From Monocercomonoides exilis PA203 (Eukaryota; Protista; Preaxostyla), in the NCBI GenBank assembly GCA_001643675.2, contig LSRY02000027.1, positions 868,001-932,000 on the forward strand: a stretch of DNA of 64,000 nucleotides, given 5' to 3'. A program made the translations under genes and the position numbers. The notes under the pieces were generated by a model that was given only the letters and a program-made list of their open reading frames with translations, was not told the DNA's origin and did not search any database. Of the stretch, positions 40,301 to 43,499 are shown piece after piece (within the stretch, counting starts at the first letter, position 1; each line of letters begins with the position of its first letter).

Positions 40301-41400
40301 GGACTCTCTGAAAAGACAGCACCTCCCATTGCATCGCTTGAAGACGATCGAGCAGAGCAGTTTATAAAGGTGCAATTCCTTATTGAAATTTGGCTGCTTT
40401 GCGGAACTAAAATTGCTCCTCCAGATCCATCTGCTGCTGTGCAGTTAATAAATTGGCATGCATTAAATATATTTGAATTCTGTGTTGAAGAATATATCTC
40501 ATTGGCGTTCAAAATTTTTCTGTTATTGAAAAAAGAAGATTGGATTATAACTTTTTTCTCCGATTCTATAACCCTAGAGGATTGAATAGAATTGTTGAAA
40601 AATGATGAATTCACTGTAAGACTTGATAAAGAAATAATGCTGCCATATATAAAATTATCAGCATTAAAAGCTTCGCAATGTTGAAATTTCACTTCGGAAA
40701 AATAACTAATTTCTTTGAAAGAAGCACCAACATTAGAGATATCCGTTTTTGCTTGCGTAATGTTTAAAAATGTCATAAAGCTCAGAGAAAAAGAAGAAGA
40801 TGCACTTTTTGTGAAAAGAGAATGAGAAGACGAAAGATGAAAGTTTGAAACACAAAATTTTGTTGCAGATATTCTTCCATTGGAAGAATAAGACAGAATA
40901 CTCTCTGTCAAAACAAAGAAAGGATGTTCAAAAGCAAATGATATATTTCTTAAATTGAGGTTCCCTTGCGCAGTGAAAAGTGGAGGTATTTTGGCATCAA
41001 GATAATGAAAAATGCAATCCTGAATCAAGCACGAAGAAGAATGTGCAATAAAAATCAATGACAAATCGTCCCTTCCTTGAAAATGTAAAAGCGAAAGTGT
41101 TGCCGATGAATTATAAAGATATATTAACATTTTATTTTCTAAAACAAAATGCTCTTTTAATAATGATTTATTTGATGAGCTTGAGTTCGTCAATAATTTC
41201 AGATAATTTTCCGAATCGACAGCAGGTTGAAACATTTTATTTTCAATTTTGCAATGTGTAATAATTGGTATGTTTTTTGTAATTGGAGATATAATTGTTG
41301 CTCGATGTTCTGAAACATCAGGATTCAAAAAGCAAAAAACTCCTCGAAAAACATGTAATAATACAAATAATGCAATTATATCCAAATGGTTTAGCCGCAT
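10330..41400 (-). CDS. Giant single-exon type I membrane protein (~10,356 aa) with 20 Cys-capped parallel beta-helix-like (Pmp/pectin-lyase-like) modules
   Basis: Uninterrupted 31-kb ORF. First ATG at 41400 gives signal-like MRLNHLDIIALFVLLHVFRGVFC. Repeated GxDxxxCGxxxxPC, FxxC...GG[A/G][I/V/L] and NxAxxGR[D/N]xF motifs. One TM helix (IWLPILAGVLFLLALITLIIIIVWI, ~11738-11812) followed by KKRK, then a ~470-aa acidic tail. Confidence 0.92.
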   Translation of the reverse strand: MRLNHLDIIALFVLLHVFRGVFCFLNPDVSEHRATIISPITKNIPIITHCKIENKMFQPAVDSENYLKLLTNSSSSNKSLLKEHFVLENKMLIYLYNSSATLSLLHFQGRDDLSLIFIAHSSSCLIQDCIFHYLDAKIPPLFTAQGNLNLRNISFAFEHPFFVLTESILSYSSNGRISATKFCVSNFHLSSSHSLFTKSASSSFSLSFMTFLNITQAKTDISNVGASFKEISYFSEVKFQHCEAFNADNFIYGSIISLSSLTVNSSFFNNSIQSSRVIESEKKVIIQSSFFNNRKILNANEIYSSTQNSNIFNACQFINCTAADGSGGAILVPQSSQISIRNCTFINCSARSSSSDAMGGAVFSESPLAGSIIEECVIQNATSQSHGSAIAVTGTYGTVSISSLIFYQCSTSNGKGSIFFSDYPENTASSPLIFLSENIFVQNSASGSAGASGATDVFLSNNWLLVYGEESVFTHCRSVSPQPRFQIGTATISSVLIEPDDAHQQSEILVYASNGSNSQFCGYLSLFPCLTIAYAASLTTAARNVIVLPNETFSEEQGWIFTGSNVSIRKTESTSANPVVVSKGLITGSFSKTVQLSELAISQSASSRSVLDLEGSSTGTINFILCAFITNSESQLLYPLITLKGGKVNFDRSTISHFSMQSCPIFDLNGGSVNTSGCEISQVNLTDQAAIRLSGASQFQFANGTIASDITRTAGNGSFVEAILGQSTSSLKFINSSILNAKTTNGFGGAVYAYISQSSAEFLVNSTLSTFSSCGAGDLSSFQRMGGGVALRCSPTSSQFWFMGAHPFASCTAFKAQKLFVEAPGLTRLSAQASFAANMATDPQVESMLWSDETGDDSCYPIQLFFRDMPDFVVVSSDDGKDSNICGLEDIPCATFLASSSFFSFSQKRISLNNFDFTTQLTLRTSSWLIKSSPTSSRTPSFTTHTNTNSSLTAAVIVETTVIFLSASISIPSIVISPNYESLFLCRTSSGSLSFEQCTLSASDPSSPFMTRLFYATGGLLHIFDCTAPLLRSLRNPLIEGSNGASLSVSSFSFVYSQSSSPAAGTWLAVAKERASLTWVNSTISNTAANEQPLFSVEGATLTLQLVTFINITQTVSSGGAISVRTPLYTSVIEQCSFVECSVTASQCCGGSSYFSLNEGNDMIVNGSSFSKCETQTSTGSKGRGGGIYLKCLTTISPFKLINNAFALCRAEHGQNVFIESKKLFNVVTNNSFQGNFNWTEEKGFQGVEQPNTDEILDLKPFLNGNTGVVFISSRSGVDIAGCGSTELPCSTITFALNYFGSDTDHVRFQFGDSIYNLSSPFVVADTSMSMTGIASNKMLNFSLNGVVTAGSCIETHVSTLIDTIFFCLPTDLSQDCIFLCAAGAISFAYCQIANANGALPNTASPLGIKYSFLKANGGLVYTSNCNFSSTLPSLSDKPFILISSVQSAFTANAVSFNNCNGPQSPLIQIDDAENVSLTLCTISNISMISSSFLQITNCNSFFMDSCSFENVESNRNGSAVYYVGMRNSNDQLSLQFNHFTNCSSTGTSTFGGAIYANLQNTETFELISNSFVKCKAPSTYGFGGCAALIDDSALHNFSFQGNTYTECSSFSGCNVFLMGPNLTEILYEKGRFSDIQEEQMSNTSLYHLFIGFEGNDKIPISLQAVLANRNPAEAYIDGPDTAFETNSSKYINGGFEHTSCGSSAFPCRDIPGAIRNRLLASSGCKIFVKESYVFTGAYVFPSQINSLSSASTSSIIEIYSNPTPSASYSSMLPISSEFMVYSSKFKVSSTLGSLTSLFQTMTEDAILTVLNFTIVSTGNTQFHFAFASCLHGIIRLENANFSDMTWRGSSFLDVGGPSAVYWIQSFLSNMRSTEAPFISVSSESSVSLITLNYSNSASSETNALAFPFIRMAEPSSLSITNSYFSSSFLSTSLIDSQSSSSISISNTNFSSISRTSSENKQSSVLVCNLSSDVLLSNNSFTNCSSSAPQTCGGALYLKIKSGSSMQFSNCGMTKCAAGETISAFSNEDAFTNGGKGGGLYLEIPADYSTFEIKNTTSAALWSDNAAQFGSNIFVFASSLNASLKAEMLPGFSYEQCWGLNDAVGMDSSDRPAFSLFFYLGELEKVFVDNSASWNAVPCGHSELPCVSLPVALSRVTSENKEIAVISSLTIHNSLTFDSGSVKITTSPTNPSAQMNIIFDVASLNSMNAETAIVTSNSPLTIESMNLKVTNVASASCLFEVCASATTLSNCTLKPQGTNPSFSITFLVASGGFTSLYRFTFVPEDFAIDPTAKIILNCSFISIKNSAFVSFEDTSLNCAELSAKALIDIEESSNISFSSTQFNRINSIGCNGSAVLARYTLLDSPSKNFSFVNCSFAQCTSSGGGVSGGSVSFLLDSAVCAPILNNCTFVQCSAAVSDEGRGGGVFFRLTDENCGFKIYNFSLAQWNNNYAKYGKNIFIDALKLRNAISTTSFIGFFPIEWDQQGFECCENENSTNILPISNFLFDLSSVYVKFDGQDDQSCGVINNPCITIAQAFLHQDNETRSVKVIESITQASLLNYSSGSVSISGLSPSSYSLLTSNVTSFTEAEMYDVSIPWTFSSLIFAFTTDSTTLTAAIRITSASLDVSSCSLRTCTDSERFKFSFLYATGGTVSFNTFKYDFSAVSTNLLFDGVPFASIGGECHLNLIHTTFEMRPSSLSSFIMCSEQSSLDLQDTTFKNFTDLTASLVTLSTLSSISISNCTFESLVHTSGSLIETATSGSITIGTTVFQGIVNNEGNGSCLKCSAENGVIIIQNNTMRLSSCTTSNSCGGAMYVKLEGDLPSFNLNQNFIQQCKAKEDDGGKGGGLFLELSSTNTNFMLTNSSSNDWLDNKAEQGKHIFVASPSLLLSASTAHFSGFDYQNWLNEDFIGIDGDVTNIYVPLKYYFLPKPSGFYVSSTVTGAEDTTACGNIEYPCLTLFYSFSLQNDSLRKVVIFGKLNQKQKVAFSNNELQLTVSTPRDSLNIQQELEGDTSCIETSVPVTVDGLLFTVTSSRSLSSIFLVLESILTVSSCQLRPLDDESVPLNFSFACAIAGELCVSNFSFEHSPPYPQSPIICVPLFIANGTGILTMSASTILGRAASSESLILLFGRSASLTNVSFGYFESLSSSLLKCSNSTTVSFDGCSICDTVTSVQLDLLSFSECYVTIHNLTVSNVTLVNGAAISTLDCGSVTIDGCSFTSVKRNSLSGSCISSSSSNWKISITNNKFWKCSSSGSRSGGGAVFASLNDTAEWIMSGNNITMCTALSDDSTGKGGGVFLTLNSLEVKWKFLLNTNELSDNDASFGKDLFVTSTDLSASLTQENFWATERIPPLSVESMAGYTDGNETVAIPLVFFFSSISDYILVGKDGYNNDACGVSENISGVAVYYPCESLDYAFQRRNTETRKAKILEACNQVVALTSYTEGSVEITSSTEGDIAIINMLQTGISVTVEFEVKVPWTLSFIQFNFTSPSYYLTTLFLVSTSSLTLSTCSLKPKTDESSFNFSFITVQNGILMIEGFSIDLTDTLTSDPLFDAFPMIEITSGKATISSSSFEKRASNSVPLLKVPQSGQLILQNTKFQNYESLSQPLISVSGSGVASIYNNESDLISFKNIQSSACILSASDSSKLTLNGVDFNSIILQRSSTIESNSLGEFSMESCGFDLISLTDGNGSALNVIAKDGSTTISNNTFTYSCVKSAANCGGAIFCEVSSTTSVPSFTNNSFSSCSAPFIEGANGKGGAIFFLIDDRLCTFSLTVFETTILADNKAEHGNVLFIASPELRTTISADSAFVNFDKPNMDEYDYCGYDLPDMASVVPIKFYFSGSPLVFVSTSGTDSTACGSEEYPCASIAYLFNQQNGTNEKSAKIVQSVNQANELSYSEGTVTIQASQEDENVSLNINQQTESNSNIFVISVPWEIYSTTFSALSFSASLRSIFKVTSSSLKLVSCKLIPKDDSTALTFSFLSVLAGVVKVTGFSFVLNVSTSVMPLFEGSSMITVSAGDVTIESSSIKQRGSTDAPLISASGTGRIFLSSTSFYEFKSLTSPLISSSGSSMISFNQTDSGAVTFSDMDSLETSLIECCDLSNISLLCAVFSNISLSNFCPIEIRTRGTVNIAQCPFLSILRRSGKGSCLNAELDAGSNLVLDECFFSNCTVEGDNAEGGAVYCCMIDATASARFIANSFKDCAVPTTSGRGGAVMVVCSDANCFLAFENKTISGSSFKSNVFTGCSARNGHSIFISAPNLSTSITRNSFAFFSYYDTNKYPTVEEQWAWDRNDLVGVYYSNPTIFLSLGYFLMDQSEFILVQSNTLNGEDVSNCGIYDNPCATIPYAINRQTRSLNHHIARDSIKIMVDTSVLLKEEIVPDAFPFELKSKSEDNSTLTIVQIAALTASELESITPREELILFNNSASSFTGITFSIPSSLNNRLQLIKLTSNSLNMMNCKLTAQSSTSISYHFVTATDGSLHLTDFSMGSASFTGHIGSQSPSFGLASFINTVASTITVTLTDCSFKDVKMTESPFILGNEKVTLIAEGTLFDSFTVSGPTNVIELKATSSLILQSAEQSDGSAIQTAFRSINLQNGAVIRALNPSLLSITAAFEKNRRTTGYGSCIFMGDESLYELIAPDVYSPTENSVASIIHLFNSSFLTCQTLGRNSLGGSVCLLLQTGMMETKVEDTSFTNCSAPFEEGLNGKGGAIYLHLDQFSATWNIVTYNSDGIELFSENNAEFGSNLFVASYNIKSSVNSRRLVLSDESCPYVLEYQGYDKLDPSVVVVLCNYLRSLEDQIFVSEQSGNDDSSCGFPETPCKTLHQAVSRWEESTLAAESVVPDDTTVCTVTVMNNVVLAKQFVPSESYALLLAGKSITNQILRISSLEAAQTTGMITSNNNLAIKKLIIQLPQNLNASSFLQVGNGVAELSNCTIQAYENILNFVFMQLTRSSATLSEIVINPISQTQFDFIIVEATSSLSINKLNIRSSIFEETSFVSFSNQSSLICTESAFRSTNLTANPLFSSSGNNFVELSLCNFSMIQSTSSQGSVLFNKRKTTLSSSPTRKTFDSRKMNEDEDDSIIVANNTFITCTVSGASSCGGALSVECDSEPFALQIEDNSFKSCSASVDEMNGKGGAVALNFLKTYINWKLSTSQFPVAGLAGENIASIGRDVYIESINLTKSITIERFSDLDSSNLSVNFDKLSLICHENTFEDYWIPTLYYVIPFDFESVTLLVKPASYLQSLNANNIQNSDKRNGPSDFIDEMEEKTYAFTVAYASIDGNPTSACGFSEYPCSSINQAVIRGQSNALTSEVGWMKASNAEDTTNVAVKVKTNVRVGDACNVLVDKLMIISNSVKLCTLYLNFASEGSDNTVFHNEKSLFFGRVNFEVENLPSSAVIIRQSDNILNLTTCSINSSSNTISNTFVEGIDGTIIINDFSIKQQSVTSCFVNLTEGAFSFTTKFTFLLSSFDSAQSFFSVATAKSAIFDSFTITNSSFNNTIVSLLPNDLNEAQQFLSLQSFQCSYNSFTGNNPVISLGSGTRAKISSSRFSNSSVESSFISQIQTDTLELDDVTFFQFTLSGISLITSSYATALSVNNSRFMSVKSSSSCGGCFSFEEGDGISLENLCSVSISNSLFYSCNIQFGENIATNGKGGGVAAQLKQGTTFVIKSSNFSQCIAPYNVVDANGRGGAIFIECVTSSIDWLLEELIFPASDDGNANQAKCGRNVFIVSSNLLQTITKERFALDLSDVLNECSSFLLRSYEGCYKNDEDLILPLQYYLTERDFVIDGEGEETKKILMTYVSQEGVDTETCGFICYPCQSLNAAVDRVVSFEGADAKYINVTVVGNASIISAYTNPMIEFTFHSSSAEHLSNAAVSVPAESSDAFAFSNSHAMSFVRMCICIESLPQDAVCIRQAGGHLTFKESSLSASINSVTNDFIQITGGSLDIENFFVSPSVLIQPTLRRKQDNNDVFAFTNASFLSADGNGIIIEIENLTVQSVAVESERFFISLKNECQFSISNSSFNKIEAASSIFLLNSSDSVAFENALFSSMKIIDSAVINSINSSELLINGCNFTDIQRQAGNGSCINLNEGSRQEGSSSSVLIKNSTFRNCSVSDDEGILVEGCGGAIYAQLNLGCSVLIDGQCSFVNCSTPFSSLNAKGLGGAIFLYLLSADASWKVESALFSDDEALHNKALFGRDLFVASPNLTISITPERLSCEASKAALLENPRLFDHSAVQGFDGEDILNPIPLRYYLLDFETRNISFIEGDSESEVVVGYVSIYGVSTSACGYENYSCNTLQWMEERLISSVDASKPVLEVINESVVIDEEFSSKFDKLKIEKNSLNEKFVLQAEQIEQGSQKGVIFNSKVLFISGISFCVPCSFPVHQSFIYQESGELYLSFGELLLSDPSTPISYPILNLIGGSAYITTFEIKPYAILPDIPLNEVKFNDTSFIVADGENAICTVKELTVANTVISGITPFLYSTNKSSLTLSNLTFANVSNFAAELLCIDGSEASSLSNLILNNLTTNGDKPLISLNTQNSLTLSSSSLSTITSAYAPILSITGAQDLSITDVNLSFINQNLKAAISIMSTIGDISIEKVKFSNVTRNASDGSCIYVKHGDSTNESSINSAISNLQLGNCSFENCCIDSESSSNSGGAVFMEIYTEIQFDISNSTFTACIAQETDEQPSFGGALFLKFGICSSDWKITTSNFPSLDDLLKNYATFGRDLFVSSINLTETITDSTLPDIQPDNYWFDHSSLEGFNNNVEPSIPLRYFIIHFPKQAISFSDSDFEEEEEEVPVGYVSSKGIDTVACGFVNYTCETIHWIEQRIINTTTSAKAIIVVNETVVLQKEYSSLLDSLSILPDTTKSYSHLIFADSEEGSLKGLISNQKVISISSVSLCTPSSLLNHETLFLQLEGKLTIKNSNIIPVESDSTLSYPLFIVTGGSLTVSDFEIVPVLPLSSDEVHQESIYLRIMNSLQHQKNQDSSPPAIQINKSSLLLINGTGKTSLTRMAVKELQLADENPSLFIQNGASISFESCIFDGISFPASSLLSTTTGELIIESSSFSNMNCISSPLITSETSRSFSMTNSNFTNIARESGDGTCLHFEEGDLPESSLAGIEKTVAISDCNFTNCCIKNSLNENNEGRGGSIFARLRTGVSWTFDNSSITHSSAPYGSSSSKGKGGGIMIYAVESALDWKINPISFPELGHSDQNQAFSGRDIFISSPELNATVTKLSFIWDTWDYQQSYRFDHSSMEGYNEHNSECVIPLPYYLYQLHPTIYVSTPLGFDSTACGFDNYTCQTLPWAIWRQTGNDEAVEGDVTVNSTVIVKEEYQIITKSLNINSNESQSQIIVQNGVDQALDAILLNKKILSFTNIDFFLPQSVDQHQSFIHNKAEGTISINNSHLIAFDVSHELQYPFLIIESGSATIESFFVEPYLSATDAIENPNELNISINSSSLMIVKGEATSLSIENSSFSSIHLIGSNAFISIMESASFAIANSNVTHMTKVSCSFVELNEPRNCEIESIFVEEINATGESAFINIIDCVDLTLQNSNFSRIRATSSSFIDITRCKNGSISLLSLENCELTTASTISVSNANGKLSLIDCTFKHIKRYSSDGSCLSFNEIESVRYSSKRNEEGDIENYCEIAEDSIVIKVESCHFEDCCVLKAEEAEKDAVGGALYCLMNHDLSFIVNCSTFIACTAPSREDKNEQGCGGGIHLKLSESDSNWIVASPIFPNRDESDFVEKQNKARFGRDLFVYSPDLTESVQKCRLDPIEIPESPLSFDWSSLCGFDRFNETIAIPILFYLMNAKFQSSTQILLSPSGVDTSACGFFVEYPCQTVPFSIANRFYEGKAFSIINEILFDECFHNTQENVNIKSNEDNEKANLVFRIPSSLDSFNGIFEISGSTTLELLALCIPSSLSTLSSVIYLKSSSLTLSDCTLIPFERNHTFSGTLICVSGGTLHLNTFVIDRSQFATELPQFTNANTSLNKTVFNSAIVFKLISANDSNPSANVHSLIVFNTTFSASSKLFEVKEKCTLFLNDFQISDCVVSSSEEDAGIIWCDTGGSTTLNRCSALSVKSNNSAILNVRWGSEITVIDCTFTSINRNYTRGAAICIQEPHEASNQAESADSETSDYQNRYVIRNCSFEDCSITPPWNTVYLRGDGSAIYAHLQSFSPIASQSKLNNSDEVVLLISNCSFTKCVSPSNESDETKGFGGGVFLNFADASVPWSMSDIIYPKREEENFDTDKNVASFGRDLFISSPSLSESVDYSTKLCFADLSYEADASSLEGRNGHSSTEQVPLVFLLLLLNESVFVTSNGCDSIGCGFKSFPCCSLRYAIERQKDELLKRDAKIADLNGAIHPLPLTVLGNVSVISSVILKEALSVSDDLNVNVHSFDKETMSDFSVQLSEEPEVISQSVISIDGNLCFSNISINFGNAASDTLNIFSSKGNLKLEDCLFSYSGDENELNLVVINVESGSLNVTIFSIVNAVTPTFTRPFFVISASNAVFTKINVNEILMENKSSFIQVLSSAGQSSILISQSSLSNIALSDASLIYIEESGEFAIENSSFENIARTFGDGSCISIECSDGSSTNILASNNSTKNNYFSKMSALKTVKNAFNEFFNEADQKTIIITKSNFTNCSVTQNSESGKCNGGSISAFLYEEDSLKMNYCRFLRCSVTNENDYKGKGGAIYLNLKTRSGAETEETQETESEIVAYQLFSIGSLTYFPPLNDAEVNKAVYGRDLFVTSFNLPQTIHKESLPFVTNSHPDVLLTSNFSLEGFDEFVNVDSIPLVYYLIDQNATTVFVSQSGNDNSACGFSFYPCATIRHSASQRRLNQSIVGIKDDLSITSSFEPSEGELALMPSELNNTVKLELPSNHTLTQSAIISSYRLTISRIIFSVLSNKELPSSFISVKSGTTRLKECKFGVSLNKVVPIKFISVSEGTLQIDSFAFTVLSTTQTFIALTAKSSNEISSYATLKKIFIDANGANTNVNITNFSIPNCPLYLSDKLIRVVSVKQLNIENTNISDVVCTNTSLIGIEEWSKCSFNRTNFTRVMNKKSHGGCLYVCNTLPWNEEDSRTDQSVRILSCLFSNCSVTNTLGAGQKPEHFSSGDSSGGGLFVNVTSHIGFVLENNSFEFCTAPFSSGSNGKGGGVSLFVVNEQALFSISTPHFTANNAEYGRNIFISANSLLRVVNRTTFAFYSPDRFSESTNEDYIGMDRNEENLTLPLKYCLDSTPDWIYLSGETGVNGSVCGFAGYPCGEIVHAINRQSRKHKVYLKDWCIVSRRVDFVIGDYVITSELPAALSHRALNKELQNLEERGEMIINSYFNVTSPTEFRFVSLNCFNELNGSDSLFIVSASNLTVFNCTLSLNNGEPESSSQSTMAFFLVSGVSCILHLDNFELFDVGFEKGMLSLSEASKCSLLSMIINNVTAKANSLVSVIGRNSRTAHLNLTASKFDTVECESSQNGSVVLCEGCACTIDECLFIQTRGGSDLGTSFRISGGVLNVINTQFVGSFLPSVPIPTSLSNSFTSVSNNNKLLRDSGNASPLLSNNPGNSVNELHTVCQWNKSMISVDDSEAHFSSSIFRSSPDGALYISESSAFLENSTFYFNSEKSNSFSSLQRDILCFGANITVTNPPSVSSDWILSRKCKFTHPTDKEYGQFWFIPKLKYMKRSDLSNSTLPVQSESTEKSNKEIIYTQSSNGNISISSRSNSQMPSRSSSTVRMTFTGELLFPCNLTVSIDSYANNETLYSSINQPIENFENETTFWIEVKEDLFKAVTSLPSEIEAANVDFYLKVLFWNPNEEVKTAASFFLNTVAVSPDPIVNGSNDPNASSGNDSVSKGSQMIWLPILAGVLFLLALITLIIIIVWIKKRKTNNNKQSQDISQPEDNRTENETERARASQTSPRKAKERRRRHSDSNKVESNDQVRIVVDVGASSSSSSSSNPSGALPTAQVTPNKRPPTDTESTYRSTFSKKKNTSIRSTMQDSSFVETTKNPLSKNILGNTPKQRASSASASSSSEEFDDFNETNFNKAPDGYPSFNGDELFQQHEEPLNNEYGTPIDLEERENASSGTMLSPNGRSTAVQRNAESDLMRYDTEENEEMIDWEGEEEDQMDGDLERNSFVFSDQSHSENVVQALPILESDGLSQMNENDFERNSELDEFVADEEYGANDDMRQPDNFENAYEYARTSESATDRDSDEMLASSMFDSVWNDDELKPSADEEEWNTNEGERKSEFDNIADNELFMDDANEISNNIENGVDIESMITSDPFLFNALFTDELFQNDVFSEDANEFGGDVDFEQDSTSKKRKKKKKKRQRKLRKARENRVSELIDELE

Positions 41401-41579
41401 TAATATTTTGAATATTGTGCTAAAACCGTTTGAATAAAACAACAGAATAATAGATAATTATGGTTCAAAAAATAAGTTTTCGAAAATACAATCTGAATGA
41501 ACAAAAGAAAAACAAAATTTTTTTCTTTTATCCAATATTTTAATGAGGATTGTTAAATGTCGTCTAATTGGATTTTATT

Positions 41580-41580
<1 letters not shown>

Positions 41581-41639
<59 letters not shown>
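41581..41639. repeat. 59-bp poly(T) tract ~180 bp upstream of the giant gene
   Basis: Homopolymer seen directly. Confidence 0.9.
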
Positions 41640-41640
<1 letters not shown>

Positions 41641-41775
41641 TGACAAATAAATGAATTTTTAACTTGCCATGTCACAGAGATTAAGTGAAAATAATAACAA
41701 AAAAGTTTTTTTAGTCCGATACACAAGTTTTTCTTTTCTTTTTTTAACTTCATTAATACTTCTCAAATTTCAAAA

Positions 41776-42228
41776 CAGTCAAAACCGGATATAATCACAT
41801 CGGTTTTTGTACAACTTTTTGTGAATATATCCGATTGTGATTATTCACGATGCTGCTTTACACAGAAAAATTAAAAAAAGAAATATTTGAAATATTTAAT
41901 TAAGTGTCAATTTTTTTATTTTTGGAAATTCTTTTCATTAACAAATTTTTTTTTTTTGAAATAACTATTTTTTATGTTTAAAAATGTTATTCAGACTTAT
42001 TTAAACATTATTTTGAAAAATTTGAAAATTCAAGTTTTTGATCAAAAAATCGATTATTCAACGAAAAATCCACCCATAATGAAATAAAATGCGATTATAT
42101 ATATTTCCCATGTGATTATATTTGATGTGAAATGAATGAAATATTGGCCAAAAATGTCGGTGCGAGGAAAAATATAATTATAAAAGGAATGTGATTATAT
42201 ACAACGTGATTATATCCGGTTTTGACAG
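41776..42228. mobile_element. 453-bp pogo/Tigger-like MITE
   Basis: Perfect 21-bp IR GTCAAAACCGGATATAATCAC (41778-41798 vs 42206-42226). CAGT start. TA on the right flank and AA on the left (degenerate). Subterminal GTGATTATAT repeats. Confidence 0.75.
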
Positions 42229-42366
42229 TACTGCAATGAGTAAAAAACCAGGATTTTTAAAAATAGAACTTTTTTTTCGTGAAAACATTAGCTTGTTCAA
42301 ACAAAATATTGACTGATGAAACATTTGAAGAAGGAAGGTTTTGACTTTTCAAAATATTTCGATGTA

Positions 42367-42772
42367 TAGTTAGTGTTAATAATGGTGGACACTTTCAATA
42401 ATGGTGGACAGTCGCATTATTTCAACAACTATTGATAGTTGCTTTTTGACAATTAACCAAATTGTTCCCTCATTGAATGTGAACAAATACGAATCGTATT
42501 TTTCATTTGCACATCAAAATTAAATTAAAAAAAAAGTATTTTCAGTTTTCGGAGAAATTCGGAGAATCTTATTTCTCCGAGTTTCTCCAAAAATAGAAAA
42601 TGTTTTTTTCAAAATTCTGCAGAGCAAGTTGTTTAATTTTTGTTTGACTTATAAGTTTATATTCATTGAGGGTATAATTGGGTTAATTATTAAAAAGCTA
42701 CTGTCAACGGTTGTTGAGAAAAAGCCACTGTCCACAGTTATTGAAAGTGTCCACTATTATTAACACTAACTA
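42367..42772. mobile_element. 406-bp MITE (family A, copy 2, inverted relative to copy 1)
   Basis: TA|TAGTTAGTGTTAATAATGGTGGACACTTTCAATAA ... TTATTGAAAGTGTCCACTATTATTAACACTAACTA|TA with ~110-bp imperfect TIRs. Same length and internal palindrome as 3195-3600. Confidence 0.88.
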
Positions 42773-43035
42773 TATTTCTTAAATACAACTGTTGTTCACT
42801 TAATAGAATGATAGTTTAACATTCTTTTTTTGTTGTTGAAGATTCAAGATGAAATTTGGCAAATATATGGCTGATACTTTTTGATATCAAACTTTCGATC
42901 GAGTTTTGAATAATATTTTAATCTCAATGGGATTTTGATAAAAAATGAGTTGAAATATGAAACATTTATTGTTAATGATATTACAATTGCAAAAACAAAT
43001 TTTTACACAAACCTTAAAATTTTAAGAAATTTTTA

Positions 43036-43181
43036 GCAAGTTCCAAGTATATGGACCATCGATAAAAAATTCTTTTCATAAATTATACGAAAGAAAATGT
43101 TATATTACTTAATTTAAAATAAGTTTTATTTGTCGAAAATGCACTGTTAATAACTTACTGTTTTTCATTCAATCTATCCCA
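43036..43181 (+). repeat. Left arm of a perfect 146-bp inverted repeat
   Basis: GCAAGTTCCAAGTATATGGACC...CAATCTATCCCA is the exact reverse complement of 46743-46888. Confidence 0.93.
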
Positions 43182-43499
43182 CAAATATTTTTTTAAATTT
43201 TCTGTTTTTATTTTATCTTTTTCATAAAGGATTGGAGCTTGATCCTCCATTACAAGGAATTTTATAGATTATATTCATTATAATCAGCTTTAAACTCTTT
43301 GATAAATTTTCGCACCATCATTTTTGACTGTTATTATTCAAATCATATTAAATCTTTGTGCTTAAATTCTATTTTGAAAAGTTCTTTGCCTGAATTTAGG
43401 ATATGAATAACATAACTTGAAAGCTATCTTCAACAAACTGTAATTGCGTTCTATTTGATCAACTGACAGAATTTTTAAACTGAATTCAATGAAATTAAT

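Noticed and set aside
10265-41437. Dozens of short plus-strand and alternate-frame ORFs overlapping the giant gene
   Set aside because: They are antisense or frame shadows of a long Ser/Phe-rich ORF and carry no independent motifs.
41401-41442. ORF-track start of the giant protein at 41442
   Set aside because: This is a non-ATG codon. ATG 41400 gives a better signal-peptide-like N-terminus.
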